DNA of 64,000 bases from Actinomycetota bacterium (lineage in GTDB: Bacteria > Actinomycetota > CADDZG01 > JAHWKV01), in NCBI GenBank assembly GCA_052389675.1, contig JBQTHR010000055.1, positions 57,616 to 121,615 on the forward strand, given 5' to 3'. Every line of letters starts with the position of its first letter. Positions within the stretch are counted from its first letter, which is position 1. Shown here one piece after another: positions 22,197 to 33,394 of the stretch. Position numbers and translations under genes: made by a program. The notes under the pieces were generated by a model. The model did no database searches. It was not told where the DNA came from and saw only the letters and a program-made list of their open reading frames with translations.

Positions 22197-22504
22197 AGGC
22201 GGACGAGTACCGTGAACTGGGTTCGCAGGATCTTGGGGTCAAGCTTGACGAGGCCCGGGAAGAGTACTTCAATCTACGCTTCCAGAACGCCACCGGTCAG
22301 CTGGAGAACTTTGCTCAGATTGGCCGGGTTAAGCGGGAGATCGCCCGGGTTCGGACCATCCTGCGGGAGCGCGAGCTAGGTCTGGACAACGAGGTCCAAT
22401 CTAGCGCCAAGTCCAAGGCCAAGCCGGCGAAGGCGAAGATCAGTACACCACCCGACAAGCCCAAGCGGGCCGCGAAGAGCAAGAAGGACGACAACGATGG
22501 TTGA
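22193..22504 (+). CDS. rpmC: 50S ribosomal protein L29 with Lys-rich tail
   Basis: [23 protein letters not shown]. Confidence 0.97.
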   Translation: MKADEYRELGSQDLGVKLDEAREEYFNLRFQNATGQLENFAQIGRVKREIARVRTILRERELGLDNEVQSSAKSKAKPAKAKISTPPDKPKRAAKSKKDDNDG

Positions 22505-22784
22505 GAGCAATCCGCAGACAACTTTCGGCGCCGCGCGGGGCGAGAGGAAGACTCGAACCGGGATAGTCGTTAGCGACAAGATGGACAAGACGATCATCGT
22601 TTCGGTCGCCCAGACCGTCCGGCACCCGCTCTACTCCAAGATCTATAAGCGCAATACCCGGCTGTCCGTTCACGATGAGGCCAACGACGCCCACGTGGGC
22701 GACCGGGTCCTGGTGAGCGAGACCCGTCCGCTGTCCAAGACCAAGCGCTGGCGTGTGGTGGAAGTGTTGGAGCGTGCCAAGTGA
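22497..22784 (+). CDS. rpsQ: 30S ribosomal protein S17
   Basis: [22 protein letters not shown]. Confidence 0.99.
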   Translation: MVESNPQTTFGAARGERKTRTGIVVSDKMDKTIIVSVAQTVRHPLYSKIYKRNTRLSVHDEANDAHVGDRVLVSETRPLSKTKRWRVVEVLERAK

Positions 22785-23149
22785 TTCAAACCGAGACCCG
22801 CTGCGCGGTGGCGGATAACACGGGCGCCAAAGAGGTTCTGATAATCAAAGTTCTCGGAGGCTCCAGCAGACGCTACGCGTCGGTTGGCGACATTGTCGTC
22901 GCCACGGTGAAGACCGCCCTGCCCAACCAGCAGGTGAAGCGGGGAGATGTGGTCAAGTGCGTCGTTGTTCGCACCGCCAAAGAGAAGCGACGCCCGGACG
23001 GCAGCTATATCAAGTTCGACCAGAATGCAGTGGTGATCATTAACGAACAACGCAACCCCCGAGGGACCCGCGTTTTCGGCCCGGTGGCCCGGGAACTGAG
23101 GGACCGCAAGTTCATGAAGATCGTCTCGCTGGCGCCGGAGGTGCTCTGA
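22781..23149 (+). CDS. rplN: 50S ribosomal protein L14
   Basis: [27 protein letters not shown]. Confidence 0.99.
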   Translation: MIQTETRCAVADNTGAKEVLIIKVLGGSSRRYASVGDIVVATVKTALPNQQVKRGDVVKCVVVRTAKEKRRPDGSYIKFDQNAVVIINEQRNPRGTRVFGPVARELRDRKFMKIVSLAPEVL

Positions 23150-23472
23150 TGAACCGGATCAAAAAGGGAGACCACGTGGTCGTGCTAACGGGCAAGGACG
23201 CCGGCAAGGCGGGCACCGTTATCGCGGTTTATCCTTCCGCCAACCGGGTGCTCGTCCAGGGGGTCAACCGGGTCAAGCGTCATGAGAAGGTCCGCCCGGC
23301 ACGAGGCCGCCAGGGCCAGGAGGGCGGCATTGTGATTAAGGAGCTTCCGATAGATCTGTCGAACGTGTCACTGGTGTGCCCGACCGACGGGCGCCCGGTG
23401 CGCACCCGCCAGCGAATCGAGCCGGACGGTACCAAGGTGCGGGTGTGCGTCCGCTACGACGTGGAACTATGA
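23149..23472 (+). CDS. rplX: 50S ribosomal protein L24
   Basis: [20 protein letters not shown] motif. Confidence 0.98.
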   Translation: MNRIKKGDHVVVLTGKDAGKAGTVIAVYPSANRVLVQGVNRVKRHEKVRPARGRQGQEGGIVIKELPIDLSNVSLVCPTDGRPVRTRQRIEPDGTKVRVCVRYDVEL

Positions 23473-24044
23473 GCGAGACCAACGGCTACGTGCCCCGCCT
23501 GAAGACCAGATATGACACTGAGGTGAGGGCTGCCCTGGCTGAGAAGTTGGGGGTCAACGTCATGGCTGTGCCCCGCCTGGAGAAAATCTCGATCAATATG
23601 GGTGTCGGCGACGTTTTGCGCGACCCCAAGGCCCTGGACGGAGCACTTTCCGACCTGACGATCATTACCGGTCAAAAGCCCGTGGTGACCAAGGCCAAGA
23701 AGGCCATCTCGAACTTCAAGCTGCGTGAAGGGGTTAGCATTGGAGCCCGAGTCACGCTGCGAGGGGCTCGAGCCTGGGAGTTCCTGGACCGCTTGATCAC
23801 GCTGGCGGTCCCCAGAATCCGTGACTTCCGCGGGCTTTCGCCGAAGGGGTTCGATGGCCGGGGCAACTACAGCTTCGGGGTGCTCGATCAGACGATCTTT
23901 CCGGAGATCGAGTACGACAAGATTCACAAGGTACGCGGCATGGACATCAGCATAGTCACAACCGCGATCGACAACGCAGGTGGCAGGGCGTTTCTCGATG
24001 CGTTCGGGTTTCCGTTCCGCAAACCCGGAGGGGACAGAGGTTAA
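23469..24044 (+). CDS. rplE: 50S ribosomal protein L5
   Basis: [24 protein letters not shown] 23469 overlaps the rplX stop. Confidence 0.98.
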   Translation: MSETNGYVPRLKTRYDTEVRAALAEKLGVNVMAVPRLEKISINMGVGDVLRDPKALDGALSDLTIITGQKPVVTKAKKAISNFKLREGVSIGARVTLRGARAWEFLDRLITLAVPRIRDFRGLSPKGFDGRGNYSFGVLDQTIFPEIEYDKIHKVRGMDISIVTTAIDNAGGRAFLDAFGFPFRKPGGDRG

Positions 24045-24229
24045 TGGCTAAGAAGTCGCTGGTTCACAAGGCCCGCAGGGCTCCTAAGTTCAAGGTGCAG
24101 GCCTACTACCGCTGCCGGCGGTGCGGCCGCCCGCGGGGGTATCTGCGGAAGTTCGGGATGTGCAGGTTGTGTGTGCGCGAGCTGGCCCACAAGGGCGAGC
24201 TGCCGGGCATCACGAAGTCGAGCTGGTAA
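24044..24229 (+). CDS. rpsN: 30S ribosomal protein S14, zinc-binding (type Z)
   Basis: 61 aa, [17 protein letters not shown]. Confidence 0.98.
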   Translation: MAKKSLVHKARRAPKFKVQAYYRCRRCGRPRGYLRKFGMCRLCVRELAHKGELPGITKSSW

Positions 24230-24244
24230 AGGAGGGACCCAGGG

Positions 24245-24643
<399 letters not shown>

Positions 24644-24649
24644 GGAGTT

Positions 24650-25195
24650 ATGAGCAGAATCGGAAAGACGCCCATCCCGGTGCCGGCAGGAGTCGAAGTT
24701 ACCCTCGAGCCCGCTTTCGTACGGGTGAAAGGTCCCAAAGGGACGCTTGAGCGGGGATTGCCTCGCGAAATCTCGGTTGAGCGGGAGGGCGACCAGTTGG
24801 TGGTCACCAGACCCTCCGACTCGGGCCAGCACCGGTCCCTTCACGGCCTGACCCGAACGCTGGTTGCCAACCTCATCACGGGGGTCACCAGCGAGTTCAC
24901 CAAGACGCTCGAAGTGCATGGCGTAGGCTACCGAGCAATCCTTAAAGGCACCGATCTCGAGCTGATGCTGGGATACTCGCATCCGGTCAGCTACCCGGCG
25001 CCGCCGGGGATCGCGTTCGAGGTTGTGAGCGCTCGGCCGCCGCACACCATAACCGTTCGCGGTGCGGACAAGGAGCTTGTTGGTCAGGTCGCGGCGGAGA
25101 TCCGTGCCAAGCGCAAGCCGGAGCCCTACAAGCAAAAGGGCATTCGCTACCAGGGCGAGGTCGTCAGGAAGAAGGCAGGTAAGACTTCCAAGTGA
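24650..25195 (+). CDS. rplF: 50S ribosomal protein L6
   Basis: MSRIGK, GVGYRA, LGYSHP, PEPYK. Confidence 0.99.
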   Translation: MSRIGKTPIPVPAGVEVTLEPAFVRVKGPKGTLERGLPREISVEREGDQLVVTRPSDSGQHRSLHGLTRTLVANLITGVTSEFTKTLEVHGVGYRAILKGTDLELMLGYSHPVSYPAPPGIAFEVVSARPPHTITVRGADKELVGQVAAEIRAKRKPEPYKQKGIRYQGEVVRKKAGKTSK

Positions 25196-25542
25196 AAACT
25201 CCCAGCCAGCAGCGCATCAAGCGGCACCGCCGGATCCGCAAGAAGGTCACCGGTACCGCCGAGCGCCCGCGCCTTGCAGTGTTTCGCAGCAACAAGCATC
25301 TGTATGCGCAACTCATCGACGATGTCTCAGGGCGTACCCTCGCTTCGGCGTCCTCGGTGGACCCGGCAGCCAGGTCCGAGGCCAATTCGGTGGAATCGGC
25401 GGCCAGGATCGGCGAGTTGGTGGCCGAAAGAGCGGTGGCACTGGGTCTGACCAGCGTTGTCTTTGATCGAGGAGGCTTCCGCTTCCACGGCAAGATCAAG
25501 GCACTGGCGGACGGCGCAAGAGAGAAAGGACTGCAATTCTGA
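25192..25542 (+). CDS. rplR: 50S ribosomal protein L18
   Basis: [20 protein letters not shown]. Confidence 0.99.
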   Translation: MKTPSQQRIKRHRRIRKKVTGTAERPRLAVFRSNKHLYAQLIDDVSGRTLASASSVDPAARSEANSVESAARIGELVAERAVALGLTSVVFDRGGFRFHGKIKALADGAREKGLQF

Positions 25543-26246
25543 TGGCACCCCCCAACAACCCTCCGGCAGGCCGCCCAGGCGGTCCGGGTGGAGCGCGCGG
25601 TGGTGGTTTTCGCTCTCAGGGCCAAGGCGGTCCGGGCGGGCGCTCCGGCGGGCCGGGTGGCGGCCGGGGCGGCCGGCGCGACTCCGGGCCCCGGCAGGCG
25701 CAGGACGATAACCGAGGCGGCTTCATCGAGAAGATCGTCGGCCGTCCCCGGCGTGTTGCCAAAGTGGTCAAGGGTGGACGGAGATTTTCGTTCAGTGCAC
25801 TGGTGGTGGTGGGCGACGGCAACGGCCGGGTCGGCACCGGCAAGGGCAAAGCCCGCGAGGTTCCGGCATCGATCCAAAAAGCCAGCGAGACCGCCCGCCG
25901 GGGCATGTTCAATGTCCCGATGGTGAACGGTACCATCCCGCACATGGTGATCGGCGAGTCGTCGGGGGCCCGTGTGATGCTCAAACCGGCGTCGCCCGGT
26001 ACCGGCGTCATCGCCGGCGGTCCGGTGCGCGCGGTGGTTGAGTGCGCCGGGATCAAAGATATCTTGTCCAAGTCGCTGGGATCGGCCAACAAAATCAACA
26101 TAGTGAACGCCACCATCGAGGCGCTGAAGAAGCTTGAGCGTCCGGAGGACGTTGCTGCCCGCCGGGGCCTGACGGTGGCGCAGGTGGCCCCCGCGTACCT
26201 GTACAAGCCGGTTCCTGCGGCCGGCAGCGCTCCCGGGAGCAAGTGA
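25542..26246 (+). CDS. rpsE: 30S ribosomal protein S5 with Gly/Arg-rich N-terminal extension
   Basis: [31 protein letters not shown]. Confidence 0.99.
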   Translation: MAPPNNPPAGRPGGPGGARGGGFRSQGQGGPGGRSGGPGGGRGGRRDSGPRQAQDDNRGGFIEKIVGRPRRVAKVVKGGRRFSFSALVVVGDGNGRVGTGKGKAREVPASIQKASETARRGMFNVPMVNGTIPHMVIGESSGARVMLKPASPGTGVIAGGPVRAVVECAGIKDILSKSLGSANKINIVNATIEALKKLERPEDVAARRGLTVAQVAPAYLYKPVPAAGSAPGSK

Positions 26247-26431
26247 TGGCGCAGATCAAGGTCACCCAGATCAAGAGCCCGGTTTCCCATCAGAAGGATC
26301 AGGCGCGAACATTGAAGGCGCTGGGTTTGGATCGGATGAGAGACAGCGCGGTGCACAACGACCACCCGGCCATTCTCGGGATGGTCCACAAGGTCCGGCA
26401 CTTGGTCTCGGTAGAAAAGGTTGAGTCCTAG
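26246..26431 (+). CDS. rpmD: 50S ribosomal protein L30
   Basis: IKVTQIKS..TLKALGL..GMVHKVRHLV. Confidence 0.96.
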   Translation: MAQIKVTQIKSPVSHQKDQARTLKALGLDRMRDSAVHNDHPAILGMVHKVRHLVSVEKVES

Positions 26432-26869
26432 ATGAAGCTGCACGATCTGGCTCCGGCCCCCGGAGCTCACAAAAAGGCGATACGGGTAGGGCGCGGCCGG
26501 GCAGGCCGGCGGGGAAAAACCGCAGGCCGAGGGACCAAAGGTGCCAAGGCCAGGGGTCAGATCCCGGCAACGTACGAGGGCGGCCAAATGCCCTTACACA
26601 TGCGCCTGCCCAAGTTGCCCGGCTTCAAGAATCACGGACGGGTGGAGTATTCACCGGTCAACCTCGACGCGATCGAGCAGTTCGATGTGAACGAGGTGGT
26701 GGACCCGGAGAAGTTGCGCTCGAAGGGAATGGTGAGAAAAAAGGGGCTGGTCAAGGTGCTCGGCCGGGGCGAGGTGACCAAGGCGCTCACGGTGAAGGCA
26801 CATGCGTTCAGCCAGACGGCGGTGAGCAAGATCGAAGCTGCCGGAGGTACTGTAGAAACCATATCTTAG
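26432..26869 (+). CDS. rplO: 50S ribosomal protein L15
   Basis: GKTAGRGTKG, EGGQMPL..RLPK. Confidence 0.99.
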   Translation: MKLHDLAPAPGAHKKAIRVGRGRAGRRGKTAGRGTKGAKARGQIPATYEGGQMPLHMRLPKLPGFKNHGRVEYSPVNLDAIEQFDVNEVVDPEKLRSKGMVRKKGLVKVLGRGEVTKALTVKAHAFSQTAVSKIEAAGGTVETIS

Positions 26870-26884
26870 AGACAGGACGTCCCC

Positions 26885-28171
26885 TTGCTCAAAGCCCTAC
26901 TCAACGCATTTAAGGTTCCTGAGCTCAGGAAGAAGATCTTTTTCACGCTTGCCATCGTGGCGGTCTACCGGGTGGGGGCGTTCATCCCGGCGCCAGGCAT
27001 CGACTTCGCCGCCGCTCGCCGGCTCACCGAGTCCTCGGACAACCTGATCCGGCTGCTCAACTTGTTCTCCGGCGGAGCATTGACCCAACTGGCAATCTTC
27101 GCGCTCGGGATCATGCCCTACATCACTGCGAGCATCATGATGCAGCTGTTGACTGTGGTCATTCCTAAGTTGGAGGCGTGGCGCAAGGAAGGGGAGTCCG
27201 GCACCAAGAAGATCACTCAGTGGACCCGCTACCTCACCATCGTCTTGGCCGTGTTGCAGTCCACAGGTGTTACGGTGCTGGCTCACCGGGGCGGGTTCCG
27301 GGACTCCTCCAACAATCCGGTGGACCTGATCCCCAACTTCACAACCCCGCGGGTGATGTTGATCGTGCTGACCCTCACTGCGGGCACCGCGCTGGTGATG
27401 TGGCTGGGGGAGTTGATCACCAAGCACGGCATCGGTAACGGCATGTCAATCCTGATCTTCGCCAGTGTCGTATCGGCCCTTCCGGTGCAGGGCGCTACCA
27501 TAAAAGCGCAGCTGGGGTGGGCCTGGTTCGGATTCATCATGTTCCTGGCACTGCTGATCATCGTCGGGATCGTCATGGTCGAGCAAGGCCAGCGCCGGGT
27601 GCCGGTTCAGTACGCCAAGCGGATGGTCGGCCGCAAGATGTACGGCGGGGGCTCCACCTACATCCCTTTGAAGGTCAACCAGTCCGGCGTTATCCCTATC
27701 ATCTTCGCCTCCAGCGTCTTGTACTTCCCGGCATTGATTGTGACGGTTATTCACTGGCGGCCCTTGAGGAGCTTCATCGAGAACCACGTGATCAACCAGA
27801 CCTCGATTGTGCACATAGTGTTCTACGGACTGCTGGTGATCGGGTTCGCCTACTTCTACACCGCCATCGCGTTCAATCCGGTCGATGTGGCAGACAACAT
27901 GAAAAAATACGGCGGGTTTATCCCGGGCATCCGGCCGGGCCGGGCGACCGCCGAGCACCTCAGCTTTATCCTCAGCCGGATCACCCTGCCGGGGGCACTG
28001 TTCATCGCTGCTATAGCCATCCTGCCCTCGATTGCCTTGGCCACGCTGGACGTCTCCGCGCTGCCCTTCGGAGGCACTTCGGTACTGATTACGGTGGGCG
28101 TGGCTCTGGAGACCATGAAACAGCTGGAGTCCCAGTTGCTTATGCGACATTACGAGGGCTTCTTGTCCTAG
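26885..28171 (+). CDS. secY: Preprotein translocase SecY
   Basis: ALGIMPYITASI, GIGNGMS, GVIPIIFA, FIPGIRPG. Confidence 0.99.
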   Translation: MLKALLNAFKVPELRKKIFFTLAIVAVYRVGAFIPAPGIDFAAARRLTESSDNLIRLLNLFSGGALTQLAIFALGIMPYITASIMMQLLTVVIPKLEAWRKEGESGTKKITQWTRYLTIVLAVLQSTGVTVLAHRGGFRDSSNNPVDLIPNFTTPRVMLIVLTLTAGTALVMWLGELITKHGIGNGMSILIFASVVSALPVQGATIKAQLGWAWFGFIMFLALLIIVGIVMVEQGQRRVPVQYAKRMVGRKMYGGGSTYIPLKVNQSGVIPIIFASSVLYFPALIVTVIHWRPLRSFIENHVINQTSIVHIVFYGLLVIGFAYFYTAIAFNPVDVADNMKKYGGFIPGIRPGRATAEHLSFILSRITLPGALFIAAIAILPSIALATLDVSALPFGGTSVLITVGVALETMKQLESQLLMRHYEGFLS

Positions 28172-28229
28172 TGCCCCAAACCGATCGTGACAGGATCTTC
28201 GCCCGGGTCGGCGCGAGCATCGGCGGCTA

Positions 28230-28877
28230 ATGCGGCTTTTGGTGCTGGGCCCTCCCGGGGCAGGTAAGGGCACACAGGCCGTGCGTCTGGCCAGGCATCT
28301 GGGCGTTCCCCACATTGCAACCGGCGACATATTCCGGGAGGCGGCGTCACAACCGGGCGATTTCGGCAGCCGGGTTCGGGAGATCATGGAGCGGGGGGAG
28401 CTAATCTCCGACGAACTCACCAACGAACTGGTCCGCGAGCGTTTGAGTGATCCAGACGCCTCCTCCGGCTTCATTCTCGACGGGTATCCTCGAACTGCCG
28501 AGCAGGCGCGGGCCCTTGACGACATCCTGGATCTTATGGGCACCAAGCTGGATCTGGCGGTCAAGTTCATGGTCCGGCGCTCGGACATCGTCGCCCGGCT
28601 CAACGGCCGCCGGGTGTGCCCCGGCTGCGGCGCTGTGTACCACATGGCCGCCAATCCGCCCAAGCGTGATGAGGTGTGCGACCACTGTGGCACTGCCCTC
28701 GTTCAGCGGGGCGACGATGCCCAGGAGCAGGCCCTGATCAAACGGCTGGACGTCTACGGTGCTCAGACCAGGCCGCTCTACCAGTTCTACGGTGACCGGG
28801 GGATTCTGGTGGAGATGGACGCTTTGGGATCAACCGGCGAGGTCTTCGAGCGGCTTTTGGCAGTGGTCGGGCGCTAA
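28230..28877 (+). CDS. adk: Adenylate kinase with zinc-binding long LID
   Basis: GPPGAGKGTQA, LDGYPRT, CPGC..CDHC. Confidence 0.98.
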   Translation: MRLLVLGPPGAGKGTQAVRLARHLGVPHIATGDIFREAASQPGDFGSRVREIMERGELISDELTNELVRERLSDPDASSGFILDGYPRTAEQARALDDILDLMGTKLDLAVKFMVRRSDIVARLNGRRVCPGCGAVYHMAANPPKRDEVCDHCGTALVQRGDDAQEQALIKRLDVYGAQTRPLYQFYGDRGILVEMDALGSTGEVFERLLAVVGR

Positions 28878-29635
28878 TGGCGGCCAGCGTGGTCATTAGG
28901 AAGACCCCGCAGCAGATAGCCGGGATGGCGGCTGCGGGCAGGGTGCTGGCGCTGGTGATCCAGGAAATCGGCCATTCGATCAAGCCAGGAGTCAGTCTGC
29001 GGGACCTCAACGAGATTGCCCACCAATCGATGGTGATCCGCGGTGGGGTCCCGTCCTTCCTTGGATACCGGGGGTTTCCCGCCAGCATCTGCGCTTCGCC
29101 CAACAACGTGATCGTCCACGGCATACCGGATGGCACCGTGCTGGAGGAGGGCGACATCGTCTCCGCCGACTTCGGACTGATCCTGGGTGGCTGGCACGCC
29201 GACAGTGCGTTCACTTTTCCGGTTGGCAACATCGGCTCCGAGGCGCAGAGGCTCCTGGACGTCACCTCCGCTGCGCTGGAGGCCGGGATTGCCCGGTGCC
29301 GGCCGGGGAAAACGCTGGGCGATGTCGGCTGGGCGATCGATCAAGTGGCGACGGATGCGGGCTTCAGTGTCGTAAAGGAACTGGTGGGCCATGGTATCGG
29401 GCGTTCTATGCACGAAGATCCCCAGGTGGCCAACCACGGGGACCCCGGAAGGGGCCAGGTTCTTGAGGAGGGCTGGGTTCTTGCCATAGAACCGATGGTC
29501 ACCATCGGGACGGATGAAGTGGCATTGTTGCCCGACGGTTGGGGGTTGGTGACTGCGGATGGCAGCCTGTCCGCCCACTTCGAGCACACCGTGGCGGTGA
29601 CAGCGGACGGGCCGAAGGTCTTGACCGCGCTTTAA
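28877..29635 (+). CDS. map: Methionine aminopeptidase type I
   Basis: VHGIP, GHGIG..HEDP, AIEPM, SAHFEHT. Confidence 0.98.
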   Translation: MAASVVIRKTPQQIAGMAAAGRVLALVIQEIGHSIKPGVSLRDLNEIAHQSMVIRGGVPSFLGYRGFPASICASPNNVIVHGIPDGTVLEEGDIVSADFGLILGGWHADSAFTFPVGNIGSEAQRLLDVTSAALEAGIARCRPGKTLGDVGWAIDQVATDAGFSVVKELVGHGIGRSMHEDPQVANHGDPGRGQVLEEGWVLAIEPMVTIGTDEVALLPDGWGLVTADGSLSAHFEHTVAVTADGPKVLTAL

Positions 29636-29687
29636 GCCGGCCGTAATGGTCTTGGATCGGTCAGGGATGGCGCGGTGGGCGCATCGC

Positions 29688-29696
29688 TGGTATCAT
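29688..29696 (+). promoter_or_regulatory. Extended -10 promoter element for the infA-alpha operon
   Basis: TGG-TATCAT, about 160 nt before infA. Confidence 0.55.
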
Positions 29697-29855
29697 TCCT
29701 TCTTCCGGCCGCTGGCTGAATTTTTACGCGTGCCAGGATCATGCCGGAGGGTAAGTTCCTCCGTCCGCTCCCAACCTCGATTCGAGCTGTGGGTTGCGGG
29801 CTGCACGGACCGGCCCGATGGGACCGCCGTGGAGGCAGCAGTCAACAAGGAGCTT

Positions 29856-30098
29856 ATGGCCACAAAGGACAAGTCCGGCAAGGAAGCGCCCATACGAGTC
29901 GAAGGAACCGTCATCGAGCCGCTTCCCAACGCCATGTTCCGGGTTGAGATCCCGGGTGGGCACCGAGTACTGGCTCACATCGGAGGCAAGATGCGGATGA
30001 ACTACATCCGAGTCCTGCCGGGCGACAGAGTTGAGGTGGAGATGTCACCCTACGATCTGACCAGAGGTCGGATCGTGTGGCTCTTCCGGAATAGGTGA
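29856..30098 (+). CDS. infA: Translation initiation factor IF-1
   Basis: [42 protein letters not shown] before ATG 29856. Confidence 0.97.
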   Translation: MATKDKSGKEAPIRVEGTVIEPLPNAMFRVEIPGGHRVLAHIGGKMRMNYIRVLPGDRVEVEMSPYDLTRGRIVWLFRNR

Positions 30099-30105
30099 GG
30101 ATTCG

Positions 30106-30219
30106 ATGAAGGTACGCCCGAGCGTCAAGAAGATGTGCGAGAAGTGCAAGATCATCCGCCGGCACGGCAAGGTCCGGGTCTTGTGCAGTAATCCGCGCCA
30201 CAAGCAGGTGCAGGGATGA
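30106..30219 (+). CDS. rpmJ: 50S ribosomal protein L36 (zinc type; not in ORF track)
   Basis: Translated by hand: [37 protein letters not shown]. Confidence 0.98.
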   Translation: MKVRPSVKKMCEKCKIIRRHGKVRVLCSNPRHKQVQG

Positions 30220-30263
30220 TGATGCCCGTTTCGACCGGCCGTCCCGGGGAGGAGTTGTAATCC

Positions 30264-30641
30264 GTGGCACGTATTTCAGGAGTGGATCTGCCCAGGGAGA
30301 AGCGCCTCGAGATCGGCCTGACCTACATCTTCGGAGTCGGGCATACCCGCTCCCAGCAGATAGTCAAGGCCACATTGATCGATGGCGGCAAACGTGTGCG
30401 CGACCTCTCCGAGGACGAGGTCATGCGTCTTCGCGGATACATCGAGGGCAACTACCAGGTGGAGGGAGACCTGCGCCGGGAGATTGCCCAGAACATCAAG
30501 CGAAAAGTAGAGATCGGCTGCTACCAGGGGATCCGTCACCGCCGGGGATTGCCGGTGCACGGGCAGCGGACGCACACCAACGCCCGGACCCGCAAGGGCC
30601 CGAAGAAGACCGTGGGCGTGAAGCGGAAGAAGGGGAAGTAG
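30264..30641 (+). CDS. rpsM: 30S ribosomal protein S13
   Basis: [31 protein letters not shown]. Confidence 0.99.
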   Translation: MARISGVDLPREKRLEIGLTYIFGVGHTRSQQIVKATLIDGGKRVRDLSEDEVMRLRGYIEGNYQVEGDLRREIAQNIKRKVEIGCYQGIRHRRGLPVHGQRTHTNARTRKGPKKTVGVKRKKGK

Positions 30642-30644
30642 GCC

Positions 30645-31031
30645 ATCGTTAAGACCAAGAAGCCCAAGCGCAAGGAAAAGAAGAACATTCCTCACGGTCA
30701 GGCTCACATCAAGTCGTCGTTCAACAACACCATCGTTAGCATTACGGACCAACAGGGCAATGCCTTGTCGTGGGCGTCTGCGGGCAACGTCGGATTCAAG
30801 GGCTCCCGTAAGTCCACGCCGTTTGCTGCTCAGCTTGCTGCGGAAGCGGCCAGCAAGCGGGCGCAAGAGCACGGCGTGCGCAAGGTGGACGTCTTCGTGA
30901 AGGGTCCCGGCTCCGGCCGGGAGACGGCCATTCGCTCGCTTCAGGCCTCCGGCCTAGAGATTCTTGCCATTACCGACTCCACCCCGGTCCCCCACAACGG
31001 GTGCCGGCCTCCTAAAAGGAGGCGGGTTTGA
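30645..31031 (+). CDS. rpsK: 30S ribosomal protein S11, probable non-canonical ATC start
   Basis: The open frame ([28 protein letters not shown]) extends upstream of the track's TTG start to the rpsM stop. Also [21 protein letters not shown]. Confidence 0.95.
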   Translation: MVKTKKPKRKEKKNIPHGQAHIKSSFNNTIVSITDQQGNALSWASAGNVGFKGSRKSTPFAAQLAAEAASKRAQEHGVRKVDVFVKGPGSGRETAIRSLQASGLEILAITDSTPVPHNGCRPPKRRRV

Positions 31032-31072
31032 TGCACCGTAGCGTGGCGCAGCAACTGAAGGGAGCCTAGAGC

Positions 31073-31699
31073 GTGCCGAATCAACCCAGCCCCGTCTGCC
31101 GGCTGTGCCGGCGCGAGCGCGTGAAGCTTCATCTGAAGGGCACCCGGTGCGACTCGCCGAAGTGCGCAGTGGATCGCCGTCCCTACCCTCCGGGAGATCA
31201 CGGCCGCGGCCGGATCAAAGAGAGCGAGTATCTGATCCAGCTTCGCGAAAAGCAAAAGGCGCGGCGCATCTACGGCGTCCGGGAAAAGCAGTTCCGCCTG
31301 TATTACGAGAAGGCAACCAGAGCCAAGGGAGTCACCGGCGTCAGGCTGCTTCAAACTTTAGAGACCAGGCTGGACAACGTTGTCTACCGGGGCGGTCTGG
31401 CCATGAGCAGAGCGCAGGCCAGGCAGTTCGTCGCCCACGGCCATTTTCAGGTCAACGGAAAGAAGGTCGACATTCCTTCATTTCAGGTCAAGCCCGGCTC
31501 CGTTGTGGAGGTCCGGGAACGGTCCCGCTCCGTGGACCGCATCGTCGAAGCTGCTGCCTACGCAGCGAACCGCACCATACCGATTTGGCTGAGCCTGGAG
31601 GCAGGAGAGCTTCGCATCACAGTCACGGCCGAACCGGCACGCGAGATGATCGATGTACCCGTCCAAGAGCAGATGATCGTCGAACTCTACTCGAAGTAG
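31073..31699 (+). CDS. rpsD: 30S ribosomal protein S4, zinc-binding form
   Basis: [32 protein letters not shown]. Confidence 0.98.
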   Translation: MPNQPSPVCRLCRRERVKLHLKGTRCDSPKCAVDRRPYPPGDHGRGRIKESEYLIQLREKQKARRIYGVREKQFRLYYEKATRAKGVTGVRLLQTLETRLDNVVYRGGLAMSRAQARQFVAHGHFQVNGKKVDIPSFQVKPGSVVEVRERSRSVDRIVEAAAYAANRTIPIWLSLEAGELRITVTAEPAREMIDVPVQEQMIVELYSK

Positions 31700-31717
31700 C
31701 TCCAAGGAAGGACTCAT

Positions 31718-32674
31718 ATGGAATCCAACATGCTGGTAGTCCATCGTCCCCAGATTGCCTTCGACGCGTCGGAGGACCCGAATTTCGCCCGGGTCACCAT
31801 CGAGCCGCTGGAGCCTGGATTCGGTTACACGCTGGGTAACTCACTGCGCCGGACGCTGATTTCCTCCATTCCGGGCGCTGCGGTAACCGCGATCAAAATT
31901 CAAGGCGTGCAGCACGAATTCTCGACCATCCCGGGCGTAAAGGAGGACGTCACCGACATCATCCTCAACATCAAACAGATGGTTCTGCGCTCCGAGTCGC
32001 AGGAGGCCAGCTTGGTGCGGCTGAACATCTCTGGACCGGCCGAGGTGACCGCCGGCGACATCGAGCTTCCCTCCGGGCTGGAGGTGCTGAATCCCGAGTT
32101 GCACATCTGCACAATCAACAAGCGGGCCCGCTTGGAGGTTGAGATGACCGTGGAGATGGGCCGTGGGTATGTCTCGTCGGACCGCAACAAACCGGCCAAC
32201 GCGGTGATTGGCCTGATTCCAATCGACTCGATCTTCTCCCCGGTGCGCCGGGTCACCTATTCGGTGGAACCCACCCGAGTCGAGCAGAAGACCGACTACG
32301 ACCGGCTGATCGTCGACATCGAGACCAACGGAGGGCTTAACCCGAAAGAGGCGCTATCGGCCGCCGGGCGGACGCTTGTGGAGCTTTTCCAGCTGTTTGC
32401 AGAGCTTGCAGAAGGTCCGGGCCTGCAGCTCGGCCCCGAACCGGGCGCAGAGGGCGACGGAACCGATCTCAGCCTGCCCATAGAGGAAATGGACTTCTCC
32501 GTCCGCTCCTATAACTGCTTAAAGCGCGAGGGCGTAACCACCATCGGTCAACTGGTGGAGAAGTCTGAACAGGACCTGTTGGATATCCGCAACTTCGGCC
32601 AAAAGTCCATCGACGAGGTCAAGCAGAAGCTTGCCGAGCTCAATCTCGGCCTCAAGCAGCGCAGCCTGGGCTAG
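31718..32674 (+). CDS. rpoA: RNA polymerase alpha subunit
   Basis: EPLEPGFGYTLGNSLRR, SVRSYNCLKR, NFGQKS. Confidence 0.99.
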   Translation: MESNMLVVHRPQIAFDASEDPNFARVTIEPLEPGFGYTLGNSLRRTLISSIPGAAVTAIKIQGVQHEFSTIPGVKEDVTDIILNIKQMVLRSESQEASLVRLNISGPAEVTAGDIELPSGLEVLNPELHICTINKRARLEVEMTVEMGRGYVSSDRNKPANAVIGLIPIDSIFSPVRRVTYSVEPTRVEQKTDYDRLIVDIETNGGLNPKEALSAAGRTLVELFQLFAELAEGPGLQLGPEPGAEGDGTDLSLPIEEMDFSVRSYNCLKREGVTTIGQLVEKSEQDLLDIRNFGQKSIDEVKQKLAELNLGLKQRSLG

Positions 32675-32686
32675 AAAGGGACACTG

Positions 32687-33391
32687 ATGCCTAAGCCGAA
32701 AAAGGGTCCGCGCCTGGGGTCGGGACCCACCCATCAGGGACACCTTCTGCGTGGGTTGGCCGCCTCGTTGATTACTGAGGAGCGCATCCAGACCTCCGAG
32801 GCCAGAGCCAAGCTCCTCCGGCCGTTCGCCGAAAAGCTGGTCACGCTCGGCAAGGCGAACACCATCCACTCCAGACGGCAGGCACTGACGGTGGTGGAGG
32901 ACTCAGATGTGGTGCACAAGCTGTTCGCTGAGATCGCCCCTCGTTACTCGGAACGCAGCGGTGGTTACACCCGGATCTTGAAACTCGGCCCCCGCAAAGG
33001 CGACGCTGCCCCGATGGCGATCATCGAGTTCGTGGAGGCGCAAGCTGAAGCGGCCCCCTCGGACGACGCTGCCACGAAAAAGCGCGGGTTGCGCCGGCGT
33101 AAGGCTGCCGAATCGTCAACCAAGGCTGCCCGGACCAAGGCTAAGGAAGCGGAGCCGGCGGCTTCTTCAAGGGCCGAACCCGACGATGGGCCTGCCGCAG
33201 GCCCCGTCAAGGTCCCCGTCAAGGTCCCCGTCGAGGTCCCCGTCAAGGCCAAAGCCAAAGCCAAAGCCAAGTCCGCCCCCGCCGAGGTCGAGGCTGAGTC
33301 AGCCCCCCCCGAGCAGGCCAAAGCGGCCGTGGACCCGCTGGAGGAATCCGAGCCGGCCGAGTCGCCGAACCAAAGCATCGACGAAGACTGA
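32687..33391 (+). CDS. rplQ: 50S ribosomal protein L17 with long C-terminal extension
   Basis: MPKPKKGPRLG, GGYTRILK..RKGDAAPMAIIE. Confidence 0.98.
   Translation: MPKPKKGPRLGSGPTHQGHLLRGLAASLITEERIQTSEARAKLLRPFAEKLVTLGKANTIHSRRQALTVVEDSDVVHKLFAEIAPRYSERSGGYTRILKLGPRKGDAAPMAIIEFVEAQAEAAPSDDAATKKRGLRRRKAAESSTKAARTKAKEAEPAASSRAEPDDGPAAGPVKVPVKVPVEVPVKAKAKAKAKSAPAEVEAESAPPEQAKAAVDPLEESEPAESPNQSIDED
33202..33271 (+). repeat. Four 12-nt tandem repeats (PVKV) followed by three 6-nt repeats (KA) in the L17 tail
   Basis: CCCCGTCAAGGT-like x4, then CAAAGC x3. Confidence 0.9.
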
Positions 33392-33394
33392 CCC

